From contig CAZAHB010000002.1 of NCBI GenBank assembly GCA_964484945.1, forward strand, positions 16 through 64,015: a DNA stretch of 64,000 bases, read 5' to 3'. Each line of letters starts with the position of its first letter. Position 1 is the stretch's first letter. The notes beneath the pieces were generated by a model. That model worked only from the letters and a program-made list of their open reading frames with translations. It ran no database searches and had not been told where the DNA came from. Origin of the DNA: an uncultured Armatimonadia bacterium (lineage in GTDB: Bacteria > Armatimonadota > Zipacnadia > Zipacnadales > UBA5352). Below, in pieces: positions 1-9,836 of this stretch. The translations under genes were made by a program, and so were the position numbers.

Positions 1-133
1 ACTCATGGAGTTCGCGCGGCGCTGTCATTTGGCGCCACGCGAACTCCCAACCCCGAGCGTAGCGAGTGGGTCGCCGTTCGGAGGTCGGGCGAGCCTTCGC
101 CCGACGCGGGCCGCAAGGCCCGCATTCGTTGCC

Positions 134-169
134 GTGATAGTACCAATCCTTTAACCTTGATACGGACCC
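134..169. repeat. Terminal-motif fragment of dispersed GC-rich palindromic repeat family 1
   Basis: The segment ...gtgatagtaccaatcctttaaccttgatacggaccc matches the conserved right end (cttgatacggaccc) of the copies at 11062, 37338, 46565 and 56731. Its interior differs, so it is a partial or variant copy. Confidence 0.35.
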
Positions 170-341
170 CGCAAGCAACGGCAACGGCGGACGATGTCGT
201 TGCCATTGTCGTTTCCCCTCCGGGCAACGGGCGCTCGCGCCCGGTGGCTGTTCGTTGGCAACGACGCACGGGTGAGGCCACCCGTGCCACGGAACGACGC
301 CGGAGCCGTTCCCTCTCCCCTCTCCCCCATCCCCGCTCCCC

Positions 342-1607
342 TTAGTCTGCGCCGTAGGCGCGGGCTATCGCCGACCGGTGGTCGAACATCTCCTCGATCG
401 GCCCCAGCTGCCGCTCAAGCTCGCACGGCGGCTCGTAGCGGTCCAGGTCCTCTCCGTTGCAGAAGCCCCGCGCAAGCTCCACGTAATACAGGAAGTTCCG
501 CAGCGGGATGTCCGGCGGCACGCCGTGGTCGGTGTGCGGGATGAAGGTCCCGTGCTTCCACGCCGTGCGGTAGCGCGTGGCAACCTCCGCCCGCAGGCGC
601 TCGCGGGACTTCGCGAGTTCCCGCTTATCCACGCCGCCGCGGATGAACAGGCCAGGATGGTCCCGGAGCATCTGCTCGGGGTCATTGCCGGCTGCGATCT
701 CCACCGGCTCGATCCCGTCCAGCGCCTCCGGGTAGAGCACATCCAGGATCTGCCCGTTATACCCGTCACTGTCCATCACCACCGCCTCGACCCCGCGCTC
801 CTTGAAGAACTCGTAAAGCTCCAGGTAGCGCGGTAACAGGAACTGCTCCATCAGCGGCGGCGACATCATCGCCTGCTTCTTGAAGGCCATGTCCTCGTTG
901 AGCGTGATCGCATCCACCTGCATCTGCGTGAAGGGCTCATCGAGCATCTCCATGATGAACCACGTCCAGTACTCGAACATCTCGTGCACCAGCGAGGGGT
1001 CGTCATAAAAGAGCATCGACAGCCCCTCCATCCCGCAGAAGTCGCGGATCGCCCAGTAGGGGCCGTTGAAGGACGTGCGCACCGGGTACTCGCTGGTCTT
1101 CGTCCGCTCGACGAGTTCGCTCCAGTGTGTCCCGCCCACAGGATGATGCCGGTAGCCGTCCGGATTGAGCGACGTCGGCACCTGGTGCTCCGCGATCGGC
1201 TCAGTCCGCGCGGGAGAGTGTGGATCGAAGTGCTCCTTCAGCGCCTCCCAGTCAGCGCGATCCTTTACCGGATACTCCAGATACTGTCGCGTCGCGAAGC
1301 CCTCGGTGGGCTGGTCGATCGCGTCCACGCGCAGCGCGCCCCACGCATCGCGCCAGATGCGCTTGTTGCCGCGCTCCTCGACGATCTCTTCTTCCCGCCC
1401 GGGCCACGGCCCCGTGAAGAACTTGCCGATGCCCATGCCTCCATCCGCCCCGGTGAACTGATGCCAGTTGGCGCGCTGCTGTTCGGACAGGCCCTGTTTG
1501 TACCATGCTGCGAATGTCGAGGCCCTCGGCCCTCCGAACATGTACGGAATACGGTCAACCTCTTCACCGCGGATAATGGCGAGGTAGCGTTCGCGCTGGG
1601 TCATCAA
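342..1607 (-). CDS. Uroporphyrinogen-decarboxylase (URO-D) superfamily protein, MtaA/CmuA-like methyltransferase-type, long (421 aa) paralogue
   Basis: The ORF is complete. Its N-terminus, [20 protein letters not shown], matches the URO-D/MtaA-family N-terminal motif (t.rERl.aal.Ge.vDRvP). It is about 80 aa longer than canonical URO-D. It is a close paralogue of 20270..21532. Confidence 0.55.
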   Translation of the reverse strand: MMTQRERYLAIIRGEEVDRIPYMFGGPRASTFAAWYKQGLSEQQRANWHQFTGADGGMGIGKFFTGPWPGREEEIVEERGNKRIWRDAWGALRVDAIDQPTEGFATRQYLEYPVKDRADWEALKEHFDPHSPARTEPIAEHQVPTSLNPDGYRHHPVGGTHWSELVERTKTSEYPVRTSFNGPYWAIRDFCGMEGLSMLFYDDPSLVHEMFEYWTWFIMEMLDEPFTQMQVDAITLNEDMAFKKQAMMSPPLMEQFLLPRYLELYEFFKERGVEAVVMDSDGYNGQILDVLYPEALDGIEPVEIAAGNDPEQMLRDHPGLFIRGGVDKRELAKSRERLRAEVATRYRTAWKHGTFIPHTDHGVPPDIPLRNFLYYVELARGFCNGEDLDRYEPPCELERQLGPIEEMFDHRSAIARAYGAD

Positions 1608-1916
1608 GTGATCGCTCCTGAGTGGACGGCACAGGATGGTCGTAGCGGCGAGGATATTTCGACGCGGATGAACGGGGGCCTTCGTAACGTCGTTTGGCCC
1701 GGCCGTTGGTCGTCACGTCGTCTGTCGTACGACCGTCTGCAGGACGGGCTTCCAGCCCGTCGCCGTTTGTCGTGTCGGCCGCCTCAACGGCACGATGATG
1801 ACAGCACTGACGGGCAGGATGCTCGTCCTGCAAACGACAGTCGAGCGGGGTCCGACTCGATCTTGTAGGTAGATGCCGACGACAACCTCCCCCACCCTCG
1901 CACACGACGCTCGGGC

Positions 1917-2097
1917 ACCCCCTCCCTGGTCCCGCCTAAACGGCAGGCGGGACTGGCGGGAGGGGGAGGCAGTTCTCGTAATCTATGGACCGCTACGCAT
2001 CGCCTCTGCGCTCACAGTTGTGCGCACCCCCTCTCCCGCCTGAAACCGCGTCGTTTGCGGTTTCCAGGGAGAGGGGGCTGGGGGGGGTGAGGCCGCC
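1917..2097. repeat. Compound copy of GC-rich palindromic repeat family 1, two partial units in opposite orientation
   Basis: It contains cccctccctggtcccgcctaaacggcaggcgggactggcgggagggggagg, the same inner hairpin as the copy at 46565. It also contains cccctctcccgcctgaaaccgcgtcgtttgcggtttccagggagaggggg, which is a reverse-complement variant of the core of the copy at 31457. Confidence 0.5.
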
Positions 2098-2155
2098 GTG
2101 TGCCGTTCACGCAGGCTACCTACAAACTTCGCCCACACCCGTCGAGCGCAAACCC

Positions 2156-2208
2156 TTGCACTCTTTGCCTCACTTGTCTACTATACCGTACACAATATCG
2201 TACACATA
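2156..2208 (+). promoter_or_regulatory. Sigma-70-like promoter plus direct-repeat operator upstream of the antitoxin gene
   Basis: TTGCAC, a 17-nt spacer, then TACTAT at 2156-2184. This is followed immediately by two direct repeats, (a/t)taYCGTACACA, at 2183-2206. The RBS ataggag precedes the ATG at 2221. Confidence 0.4.
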
Positions 2209-2220
2209 GGAGCAACCGCC

Positions 2221-2466
2221 ATGCCCTCCACGGTCCGTGTCAGCGAGGAGACGCACAGCGCCCTGCGGGAATTGAGCGAGCGCCGCGGCCAGTCCATGAC
2301 GGAGGTAGTGGCGGAGGCGGTGGAGCGCCTTCGCCACGAGGACCTTCTGCGGCGAACCAACGAGGCTTACGCCGCAGTTCGCGAGGACCCGGAGGCCTGG
2401 GACGAAGTCCTCCGTGAGCGCTCGGAGTGGGACTGCACACTCGCCGACGGGCTTGATGACGAGTGA
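2221..2466 (+). CDS. Type II antitoxin, MazE/ribbon-helix-helix-like
   Basis: An 81-aa acidic protein, MPSTVRVSEETHSALRELSERRGQSMTEVVAEAVERL.... It has an RBS. Its stop overlaps the GTG start of the downstream MazF/PemK toxin (GTGA overlap). Confidence 0.6.
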   Translation: MPSTVRVSEETHSALRELSERRGQSMTEVVAEAVERLRHEDLLRRTNEAYAAVREDPEAWDEVLRERSEWDCTLADGLDDE

Positions 2467-2813
2467 TTGCGCCCGCGCGAGGTGAGGTGTACGACGCGGA
2501 CCTCGACCCGCTGCGCGACCACGAACAGGCCGGGCGCCGACCGGTGCTGGTATTCTCGGCGACGCTTTTCAACGAGGGCCCGGCGAACCTCGTGGTAGTG
2601 CTGCCTATGACCACGCGTGACCGTGGGATCCCGCTGCAGGTGGCCATCGAGCCGCCGGAGGGCGGGGTTGCGAAACGGTCGCTCATCAAGTGCGAGGATA
2701 TTCGTTCCATCGATCGCCGGCTCCTCGAGAGTCGCCTCGGGGCGGTCTCCTCAGCCACGATGGCCGCCGTCGAGGATCGCCTGCAGGCGCTGCTTGGTCT
2801 GCGAAGCACATGA
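2463..2813 (+). CDS. Type II toxin, MazF/PemK-family mRNA interferase
   Basis: GEVYDADLDPLRDHEQAGRRPVLVFS matches the PemK/MazF N-terminal signature (GdIy.vdl.P..GsEq.g.RPvlVvs). The protein is 116 aa and is translationally coupled to the antitoxin. Confidence 0.75.
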   Translation: MIAPARGEVYDADLDPLRDHEQAGRRPVLVFSATLFNEGPANLVVVLPMTTRDRGIPLQVAIEPPEGGVAKRSLIKCEDIRSIDRRLLESRLGAVSSATMAAVEDRLQALLGLRST

Positions 2814-2879
2814 TATGAAGACGCCGGCCTGAAGCCAGGCCGGCGTCCATATGTTCTTTGCCGTATGCGTCCCGGGCAG

Positions 2880-3509
2880 CTATCGCGTGTAGGGCTCGTT
2901 GCCCAGACCGAAGGCCGCCTGCGCCGACTGCCACTTGGAGTGTCCGTCCAGATAGGCGAAGTTGGCGCCACCATTGTGCGGCGCTTCATTCTGCCCATTG
3001 TTGAAGCTCAAACGATCCGCGTACTCTTCAACCGTGCCACAGTAGCTGGGATAGTAGGCATACTGGTTGTAGCTCTCGTGGAAGAGGTAGATGCTGGAAA
3101 CTTCTTCGTGCTGGGCCAGTTTATCGCCGGAGAGAGCAGAGTTGTAGCCATACGAGCGCGGTGTAATCCCACGTGGTACGATCTCAGGGTGTGGCCGTCC
3201 GGCAGAGTCGTAGATGTGCGGAGTGTCGCGCCGTGACGGGCAGGCGTACACACCAAGATTCTTCACGTATGGATAAATACATATCTCCCAGTACCAACTG
3301 TGAGAATGAAATTCGTACCGAGGCAACTTCTCGTCGTAGTCCTGGATGTACTGCTGGAAGGCGAGGTTCAGCTGCTTCGTATTCGAAAGGCACTGCGTCT
3401 GGCGGGCCTTTTCCCGCGCCCGTGCGAAAACGGGGAAGAGGATAGCCGCCAGGATTGCGATAATCGCAATCACAACCAGCAACTCAATCAGGGTGAAGCC
3501 TTTCCGCAT
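2880..3509 (-). CDS. Prepilin-type N-terminal cleavage/methylation domain protein (DUF1559, H-X9-DG pseudopilin)
   Basis: The N-terminus [37 protein letters not shown] is a class-III signal and pilin-like helix. The C-terminal [13 protein letters not shown] is the H-X9-DG motif. Confidence 0.85.
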   Translation of the reverse strand: MRKGFTLIELLVVIAIIAILAAILFPVFARAREKARQTQCLSNTKQLNLAFQQYIQDYDEKLPRYEFHSHSWYWEICIYPYVKNLGVYACPSRRDTPHIYDSAGRPHPEIVPRGITPRSYGYNSALSGDKLAQHEEVSSIYLFHESYNQYAYYPSYCGTVEEYADRLSFNNGQNEAPHNGGANFAYLDGHSKWQSAQAAFGLGNEPYTR

Positions 3510-3620
3510 CCAATCACCTCATGTCAGAGCTTTTATCACACCGACTTAAGGTGATAGTTCGCGGTGGCCTAATTCAACACCTTTACACGCGTGACGAAAA
3601 CTTCGCCGGGCCCCTCTCCC

Positions 3621-4376
3621 TCACGTCCGTATTGCCGCCGCCGGCCAGTCCGCAAGCTCCGCTTCCCCTGCTATCGCCGCTGCAGCCCGCCCCAGCAGTT
3701 CCTGAGCGCGCACGGGCAGTACATTCAGCACCCGCGCAATCTCGGGCAGTGTAAGCTGCTGGTCGAAGTACAGCGAGATCACAAGCTTCTGATCCTGCGG
3801 CAAACCGTCCAGGGCCAGTGCCAGCCCCGTTTGTACGTCATGGCCGCGCGGCAGCAGGGCCGCCGGCTCGACAGCGAAGACCGTGGCCAGTTCCACGTAC
3901 CGCTCGATAAGCTCCGCCTCCGACAGCCGCAACCGCGTGCACAGGGTCCGATCCGTGGGCTCCCGACCGGCCAGGACCGCTCCGCGCCATCCCTCACAGA
4001 GCGGCCGCGCGCGCTTCAGCATGGCATCGCGATACCACTCCGTGCCTCGCAACAGCGTGCGCAACCGCTCGCAGATCGCGCCGACACCCTCCTCGGGCAG
4101 CTCCTCCGGGCTTTCCACCCGTGCCGCGGTGTGCGACAGCGCAACCATCGCGTGGCTGCGGACCCACTGCGCGTCGATCGCCTCCGGCCAGCGCGCGGCG
4201 GTCCGCTCCAGCACCCGATCGACCATCCACGTGTGGCTTTCCGCGAGCTTCGAAGCAGCATCCATATCCCTGCGCAGCTGTGTCGCCGAGGATTGATCTT
4301 CCTCACCGATGTAATGCAAACGCGGCTGGACCTCTCGGTCGGGCTCCCGCAGTGATTCCTCCGACACGATTGACAT
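3621..4376 (-). CDS. RNA polymerase sigma factor, sigma-70 group 3 (FliA/WhiG/SigF-like)
   Basis: The C-terminal region 4, LPQDQKLVISLYFDQQLTLPEIARVLNV...AQELLGRA, resembles FliA region 4.2 (LSLYY.EELTLKEIGEVLGV). There is an RBS ggag before the ATG at 4376. Confidence 0.55.
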   Translation of the reverse strand: MSIVSEESLREPDREVQPRLHYIGEEDQSSATQLRRDMDAASKLAESHTWMVDRVLERTAARWPEAIDAQWVRSHAMVALSHTAARVESPEELPEEGVGAICERLRTLLRGTEWYRDAMLKRARPLCEGWRGAVLAGREPTDRTLCTRLRLSEAELIERYVELATVFAVEPAALLPRGHDVQTGLALALDGLPQDQKLVISLYFDQQLTLPEIARVLNVLPVRAQELLGRAAAAIAGEAELADWPAAAIRT

Positions 4377-4785
4377 CTCCCTTGCTCATCGGTGCTTGCT
4401 GTTCCGATAAGCATTAACGGCGCCTGCACATCAAGCTTTAGCGACTGGACCAATTGGGTATGCTTCTTATGATGCATCGGTAAACCGAGGTAACTATCTC
4501 CCCGCGAACGAGCAAAAACCGTTGCCGACGCACATCGGCGCTACAGCCAGAATGCGGTTACTGCCGATTACAGGAATGGGACACGATGATCTCGCGAGGC
4601 CCATTGATAGCCGGCGGATCATTCTTACAAAATGCATCCGGTCACAAAGATCGACCGATCATGTCCCCTGTGACCACGAAACACGCGGGGGGAAACTGGA
4701 CACGCGGGTTGAATGTACCGCAAAAGCCGGCGGCGGGGCCGATCGGCCCCGCCGCTTTCGAATCGCGCTCGTCCTCGCGCGATGT

Positions 4786-5199
4786 TCACTCGTCAATCGC
4801 ATCGACCGGACAGGCCTGTGCGCCCCGGTGCACAGCCTCGGGCGACGCGCCCTCAACGACCTTCGCCTTCTTCGTCTCCGAATCCATCGCGAAGGCTTCG
4901 GGAGCGATATTCACACATCGCGCACATCCGATGCAGCGCTCCGCATCCACACTGGCCTCATTCTGCTCATCGTCCTCACGCACATCTCCGACATGCCCTG
5001 ATGCATCGCACTCAGTCGAATCCGCATGCGGGCATGTGGCACAGGCACCGGTGCACGGCGTCTCGCCGGCGCGCTCAGTCACAGGCGCCTCAACGGTGCC
5101 CGGCCCCTCTGCCGCCTGTAACCCCGCGAAAACAACTGCCACCAGCGCCAGGCACGCCATTGCTGTCAACATAACGCGCAGATGTTTGCTCAATTCCAT
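4786..5199 (-). CDS. 4Fe-4S ferredoxin-domain protein with predicted N-terminal signal peptide
   Basis: The C-terminal ERCIGCARCVNIAPEAF...ACPVDAI is a single-cluster ferredoxin motif. The N-terminus MELSKHLRVMLTAMACLALVAVVFAGLQA looks like a signal peptide, followed by an extra Cys-rich stretch TPCTGACATCPHADSTEC. The start is taken at the internal MELSK; the ORF track starts 18 nt upstream. Confidence 0.55.
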   Translation of the reverse strand: MELSKHLRVMLTAMACLALVAVVFAGLQAAEGPGTVEAPVTERAGETPCTGACATCPHADSTECDASGHVGDVREDDEQNEASVDAERCIGCARCVNIAPEAFAMDSETKKAKVVEGASPEAVHRGAQACPVDAIDE

Positions 5200-5359
5200 A
5201 ACGCATCTCACCCTCAACCAATCCGACCCCGCATTTCGGACGACAGATGTCGCCGATACTCGTAGTCATGGACGCTCAAGCCGCCGTGGAGATTCCTTTT
5301 TACGTGAGCAAAATGCGAGGTGTGGTGGAACTTTTCCGCTGTAGAATTCCTCCATCTAT

Positions 5360-5393
5360 TGCGCAATATTGCCAGTGTGATATTATAACGAAC
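5360..5393 (+). promoter_or_regulatory. AT-rich palindromic promoter/operator-like region upstream of the XRE regulator gene
   Basis: attgcgcaatattgccagtgtgatattataacg contains overlapping palindromes ttgcgcaa and caatattg. It also reads as -35-like TTGCGC, 17 nt, then -10-like ATTATA. The region is unusually AT-rich for this genome. Confidence 0.3.
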
Positions 5394-5478
5394 AATAAAG
5401 CCACGAATATGGACGCTCCGGTGAGATCGGGCGCCGTTAGTTATGGGTGGGGGCCGCCCCTACGAGAGGAGACCGGCC

Positions 5479-5997
5479 ATGGAAGAGCAGGCGGAAAAGC
5501 AGGAGAAAGAAGACCGCCAGGCTCAGGGCGCGCGAGAAATGGGCAATCGCATCGGCCAGGCACGCCGGGAGGCAGGCTTTCGCACGGCTCAGGACTTTTC
5601 CGACGCGCTGGATGTCAGCGTCTGGACAGTGCGTTCGTGGGAGTCAGGTAAGAGCCAGCCGCGGTACGACATGCTCGCGACGATCAGCGAGCTGTGCGGC
5701 CGCCCGAAGGCGTGGTTCCTCGGTGAAGGCGCGGTTCACGATCGACTCGACCGCGCCATGGGCGAGTTGCTGTCCCGACGCCAGAGTCGAGATGGCGATG
5801 AAGAGGATGAGCCGGGCGTGTACGGCATCCCCGCCCATGACCGAGCCGCCGAGGAGGAATTGCAGGCCCTGTCAAGTGACGCGCGAGACTGGGGAGTACT
5901 CATTCGCCTCACCACCCCCGTCCCGCCCGTCGCTGCTGAGGAGATTGCGGCCCTGCATCTGGCCATAGCGAATCTCGTCGCCCGTGAGAAGGAGTAA
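5479..5997 (+). CDS. XRE-family helix-turn-helix transcriptional regulator
   Basis: GNRIGQARREAGFRTAQDFSDALDVSVWTVRSWESGKSQP is a classic Cro/C1 HTH. The RBS gagagg lies before the ATG at 5479. Confidence 0.55.
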   Translation: MEEQAEKQEKEDRQAQGAREMGNRIGQARREAGFRTAQDFSDALDVSVWTVRSWESGKSQPRYDMLATISELCGRPKAWFLGEGAVHDRLDRAMGELLSRRQSRDGDEEDEPGVYGIPAHDRAAEEELQALSSDARDWGVLIRLTTPVPPVAAEEIAALHLAIANLVAREKE

Positions 5998-6337
5998 TCG
6001 ACGACAGGGGCCTTCACTGCCAAACGCGTCCGTCGTCGAGCATAATACGCCGCCCACGCGGACGGCGGAATTGGGTCTTGCCTGTTATCATTGGAAGAGC
6101 CCGCCGGCAGATCTACGCCATGAGACCACATCCAGATCCGGTTGCGTGATGCGCCCGAAGGACAACCTCCTCCCTGTCTTGCGCCTCACCGGCTTCGCCC
6201 TCGCGGTTGCCACACACCTGCGGTTCTGTGTGCTGCCGATGAATTAGGATGCCCCCCTCACCCCCTCGCATCTTGACGCACCGCTCCTGGCACAGTACCA
6301 TAGGAACGCGGTTGAGAACTGGACAGGAGGGGTTGAG

Positions 6338-6706
6338 ATGCGCAGGGAACTCACGATGCTGCTGGCCCTGCTGGTCGCTGCGACAGTCTGGGCTCAGGGT
6401 AGTGACATCGCGCTGTTGGCGAATGGGAACACAGTCGATTCGGACCCACCGCCGACAATGCGCGAGGGTCACGTTTTCGTCCCGCTTCGCGCCGCCGCCG
6501 AGGCCCTGGGAGCCAGGGTGGAGTATGACGCCGATGCCAGGCGCGTGACTATCTGCCGAGGTGCGATGTGCACGTTCGTCATGCAGGATGAGGGCCTGAC
6601 TGTGGACGGCCGCCTGCTGGTGGGCATCCGCCAGGTCGGCGAAGCGCTCAACGCAAAGGTTGACTGGGACGGGGACACCCGAACCGTGCGCATCACCGCG
6701 AACTGA
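6338..6706 (+). CDS. Secreted copper-amine-oxidase N-terminal (Cu_amine_oxidN1, stalk) domain protein
   Basis: It has a signal peptide, MRRELTMLLALLVAATVWAQ. It carries two repeats of the (V)DG..L.......A.GA.VEWD motif (VFVPLRAAAEALGARVEYD and VGIRQVGEALNAKVDWD) that typify the Cu_amine_oxidN1 domain. Confidence 0.5.
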   Translation: MRRELTMLLALLVAATVWAQGSDIALLANGNTVDSDPPPTMREGHVFVPLRAAAEALGARVEYDADARRVTICRGAMCTFVMQDEGLTVDGRLLVGIRQVGEALNAKVDWDGDTRTVRITAN

Positions 6707-6792
6707 GCCGCTCGAAGTCGTCGCGGACCCGCACATCAACTACAACGCCGCGGCCGGCGAATCGGTCGCGGCGTTCGACCTGTATTCTCTGG

Positions 6793-7776
6793 TTGCACAC
6801 TACATCGGGAGAGATCGGCGTGCCACAGGCCTCTGTGCCAGAAGACCGCTCGATGCCGGCCCGCGCCCACCTGCTTTTCATCGCCCTGCTCTCGCTGGGT
6901 CTTCTCATCGCTGGGTGCCGCGAGGAGGCTCGCCAGGTACCTCCCACACCGGCCATCGATGGCTCGCACGTGAGCCTGACCGCCTACCTCGACGCCGCCT
7001 CCCCGTGCCAGCAGAAGACCATCGATCTGCTCCGCAACCTGGAAGCCGACCATCCTGCGCGCCTGGACGTGACCGTCGTTGACATCAGCACCCGCGAGGG
7101 CTGGCACCGATGGCAGCAGGCACAGTTCGACGCCGTGGCGCTCGTTATTGACGACAGCACGACGGTCTCCTGGGGCTCAGGTGACAGCCGCCGCACCGTC
7201 TCCTTCGAGCATCCGGCGGGATTCGCATGGACCCACGAGGACCTCCGGGCGGCTGTCAAAGCTGCGGTCAGCGGCCGACTGGCCACAGCAAATCCGGCCG
7301 AAGCGGAGGGCGTCCGGTTGATGGATGTCACTGCCCGCGGACAGTCGATCCGCGTGGGCGATAACGGCTCGGAGACAGGGCAGCTTGTTATCCGCGATGA
7401 GATCGCGATCCAGCTGAGCCACCCGCGCGGGCAACTGGCGCCCGGCCAGCGGGTCAACATCGCCGCCGAAACGCTCAACGAGGTGCTCGCGAAGGCATTC
7501 ACGCCCAACCAGTTGACACTCGCGCAGGTAGAAGAGGGCGTCGCCCTGATGGCGGCCGACCAGCAACTACTGCTTGCGACCGATACCGATGTTAACCAGG
7601 AGTACAATTCCCCGTGGGACGTTGCCGAGCACTGGCGCCGCGCGGTTCGCGAGGCGCTGTGCGAGGCGGCATTGCACCGGTCTGATGCCGCCCAGGATGC
7701 GGCCGAGCCATCTCCCCCCGAACCTGCCGCGACGCCCGCCGACGAACTGGCCGAACCTCTCCAGCCTGCTGAGTAA
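6793..7776 (+). CDS. Hypothetical lipoprotein
   Basis: Long ORF with a lipobox-like LLIAGC after an internal Met (MPARAHLLFIALLSLGLLIAGC). The true start is probably near 6853. There is no recognisable domain by eye. Confidence 0.4.
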   Translation: MHTTSGEIGVPQASVPEDRSMPARAHLLFIALLSLGLLIAGCREEARQVPPTPAIDGSHVSLTAYLDAASPCQQKTIDLLRNLEADHPARLDVTVVDISTREGWHRWQQAQFDAVALVIDDSTTVSWGSGDSRRTVSFEHPAGFAWTHEDLRAAVKAAVSGRLATANPAEAEGVRLMDVTARGQSIRVGDNGSETGQLVIRDEIAIQLSHPRGQLAPGQRVNIAAETLNEVLAKAFTPNQLTLAQVEEGVALMAADQQLLLATDTDVNQEYNSPWDVAEHWRRAVREALCEAALHRSDAAQDAAEPSPPEPAATPADELAEPLQPAE

Positions 7777-7827
7777 TCTCTCCACCGTCCACTGTCCGCG
7801 GCTTCACTGCCGGCGCGGCAGGCCCCC

Positions 7828-9666
7828 TCACTCGATCGCCTCAGGCTCCACCATCTCGCCCTGCATCTGTGGCGGCAGGCGCCGGGCATGTGAGCCATCT
7901 ATGTCGCAGAAGTACAGCCGCGAGTCCGACGGCTCCCGCGCATGGCCATCCGCCCAGAAGCCCGCGAAATCCGGATGCGCGTTCACCGGCCGGCGGACAT
8001 ACGTGTGGTTGTACTCGCTGCCCTCCGTAAGCTGCCGCAGCATCTCCCAGCTTTCGCCCCCATCTTCCGACCGCCACAGGGCCACTTCGCCCCCGGGGTT
8101 ATACGGCTGCGGCCCCTGCTGTGTCGGGCCGATCAGCGTCCACGTCTCTCCGTCGATGTGCAGGCTCCCCGTGTCGTAGTTGCTGTCGGAGGTGCAGATC
8201 CCTTTGAGGCGCCACTCATCACCCGTCCAGTGTGCGGCGAGCCATCGGCGTGGACCGTTTTCAGGCCCGGACTCATACCCATCGCTCGTCACTACCAGCA
8301 CTACCGGCCGCCCCTCATCATCGAAGACGAGATCCTTCATGTACACGTTGCGCTCGACACTCTCAAAGTCATGCACCAGCGCCGCGTTCTGCGGATCGCT
8401 CAGCGGCGTCTGGACCTGCTCGCCGGAGGCGCTCCACCAGCTCTCTCCCCCATCGGCTGTCTCCATATAATACAAATTGGTGCGCCAGTTGAGCCCTTTC
8501 GGATCCGGGTGATAGTTGAAGGCGGTCGCCGCGCGCGTGCCGCAGGCGTTGGTCACCTGGTAATGCCCCATCTCGATGCCCGCTGTCCGCGTCGGCTCGG
8601 TCCAATCATACAGATCATCGCTGGTCTTGAAGTGCAGCCTGCGGCCGCCGGTGTAGAGAGTGTGGAAGAAGAACCAGCTTCCATCCTCCAGACGATGGAT
8701 CTGCGGGTAGGAGAAGTTGTCGATATCCACCAGGTCGAAGCGCTTCACCGAGTGCGGTTCCTCGGAGCGGTACACAAACGAGGGGCGGCTGAGGCCGTGA
8801 GAGCTGACGAAGACCCACACGTGCCCGTCCTCCGCCAGCGCGATCACAGGGTTGTCGTGCGCGTCGGAGGTACGCTTGTCACACACGATCGTGGGGCGGG
8901 GGACTTCGCCGGTCTCGTGGTCGTAATACGAGGCCATCGCGAGCAGATTCCGCCGGCCCTCGGATGTCCCGCCATACACGAAGAAGGTCCGGTTCGCCTC
9001 TTCTGAATAGACCGCGAACGGAATGTGTTTCGCGCAGTAAGTCCCCAGTCCGCCCGAGTACTTGTACACGTATTCGTCTCCGGACTTCTGGTTGTAGTAC
9101 CATATCCCGCGATAGCCGTCAGCGGTGCCGAGATCCTCAGGGACCGGGTCGATCTCAATCGGGCGGATGTCACCCGCCGCCTCGGCGTCGGGGAACACCA
9201 GATACTCATCGACCACCACGGTCCCGACGGGTGCCTTGATAGTCGTCTCGCGATCCCCGGCCGGCACCGGGACAACGTACAGCGCCCCGACATCGATGGT
9301 CTCCTTGCCCTCCCACTGCTGCAGATACCAGCGCTCGGCATTACCGACGGCCAGGTACGCTCCACCGGCCGATGCCGCGCGCACATTGAGCACCAGCAAA
9401 CCCTCGGTGGCGAAGCCGGTGCGGATCGTGACCATGTTGCGCGGGCCGCGGGGACCGTACAACCTCGTGGTGATTCCGGCTCCCAGGTCACGGGCGTCGC
9501 CGGGATCAACATCACGCAGGTCGATCATCTCATCACGGTTCTCTGCCTCCCGCTCATCGGTGGCAGGGACGATACGGAATGTGCCCTCCGGGAGAGCTGT
9601 TTCTCTGGTCGGCATGATACGCGTTCCCTCCTGGGCGAATACAGCGCAGGCGACAGTCAGAGCCAC
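7828..9666 (-). CDS. BNR/Asp-box repeat glycoside hydrolase (exo-alpha-sialidase-like)
   Basis: Multiple Asp-box motifs (TADGGESW, SEDGGESW) and a beta-propeller-like sequence. The likely start is GTG at 9666, giving the signal peptide MAISRLHCALPFLVALTVACAVFAQ, with gaggtgag as SD. The ORF track extends to 9867. Confidence 0.6.
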   Translation of the reverse strand: MALTVACAVFAQEGTRIMPTRETALPEGTFRIVPATDEREAENRDEMIDLRDVDPGDARDLGAGITTRLYGPRGPRNMVTIRTGFATEGLLVLNVRAASAGGAYLAVGNAERWYLQQWEGKETIDVGALYVVPVPAGDRETTIKAPVGTVVVDEYLVFPDAEAAGDIRPIEIDPVPEDLGTADGYRGIWYYNQKSGDEYVYKYSGGLGTYCAKHIPFAVYSEEANRTFFVYGGTSEGRRNLLAMASYYDHETGEVPRPTIVCDKRTSDAHDNPVIALAEDGHVWVFVSSHGLSRPSFVYRSEEPHSVKRFDLVDIDNFSYPQIHRLEDGSWFFFHTLYTGGRRLHFKTSDDLYDWTEPTRTAGIEMGHYQVTNACGTRAATAFNYHPDPKGLNWRTNLYYMETADGGESWWSASGEQVQTPLSDPQNAALVHDFESVERNVYMKDLVFDDEGRPVVLVVTSDGYESGPENGPRRWLAAHWTGDEWRLKGICTSDSNYDTGSLHIDGETWTLIGPTQQGPQPYNPGGEVALWRSEDGGESWEMLRQLTEGSEYNHTYVRRPVNAHPDFAGFWADGHAREPSDSRLYFCDIDGSHARRLPPQMQGEMVEPEAIE

Positions 9667-9836
9667 CAAAAAGGGGAGGGCACAGTGAAGCCTCGAGATA
9701 GCCACCTGCCGTCTCACCTCTTTGCTGACGATACCATAATTGCCACAGCCCTTTCGACGGGGACGCACTGAGGCCTTCTGTCGTTCGAGGGGGCAACCAG
9801 CATTCTTCGCGACGCACACACGGCGACACCGTCCGC

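Noticed and set aside
194-544. Two similar 116/117-aa Pro/Arg-rich ORFs (194..544 and 20221..20574) that might look like a conserved small protein family.
   Set aside because: They lie antisense and 3' to the duplicated URO-D genes. Their similarity simply reflects the segmental DNA duplication. The composition is that of a GC-rich non-coding frame.
6793-6860. Exact start of the lipoprotein gene. An apparent one-nucleotide inconsistency arose between my manual indexing of this stretch and the ORF-track frame.
   Set aside because: It could not be resolved by eye. The feature is reported with the track coordinates and a note that the likely start (MPARAHLL...) is near 6853.
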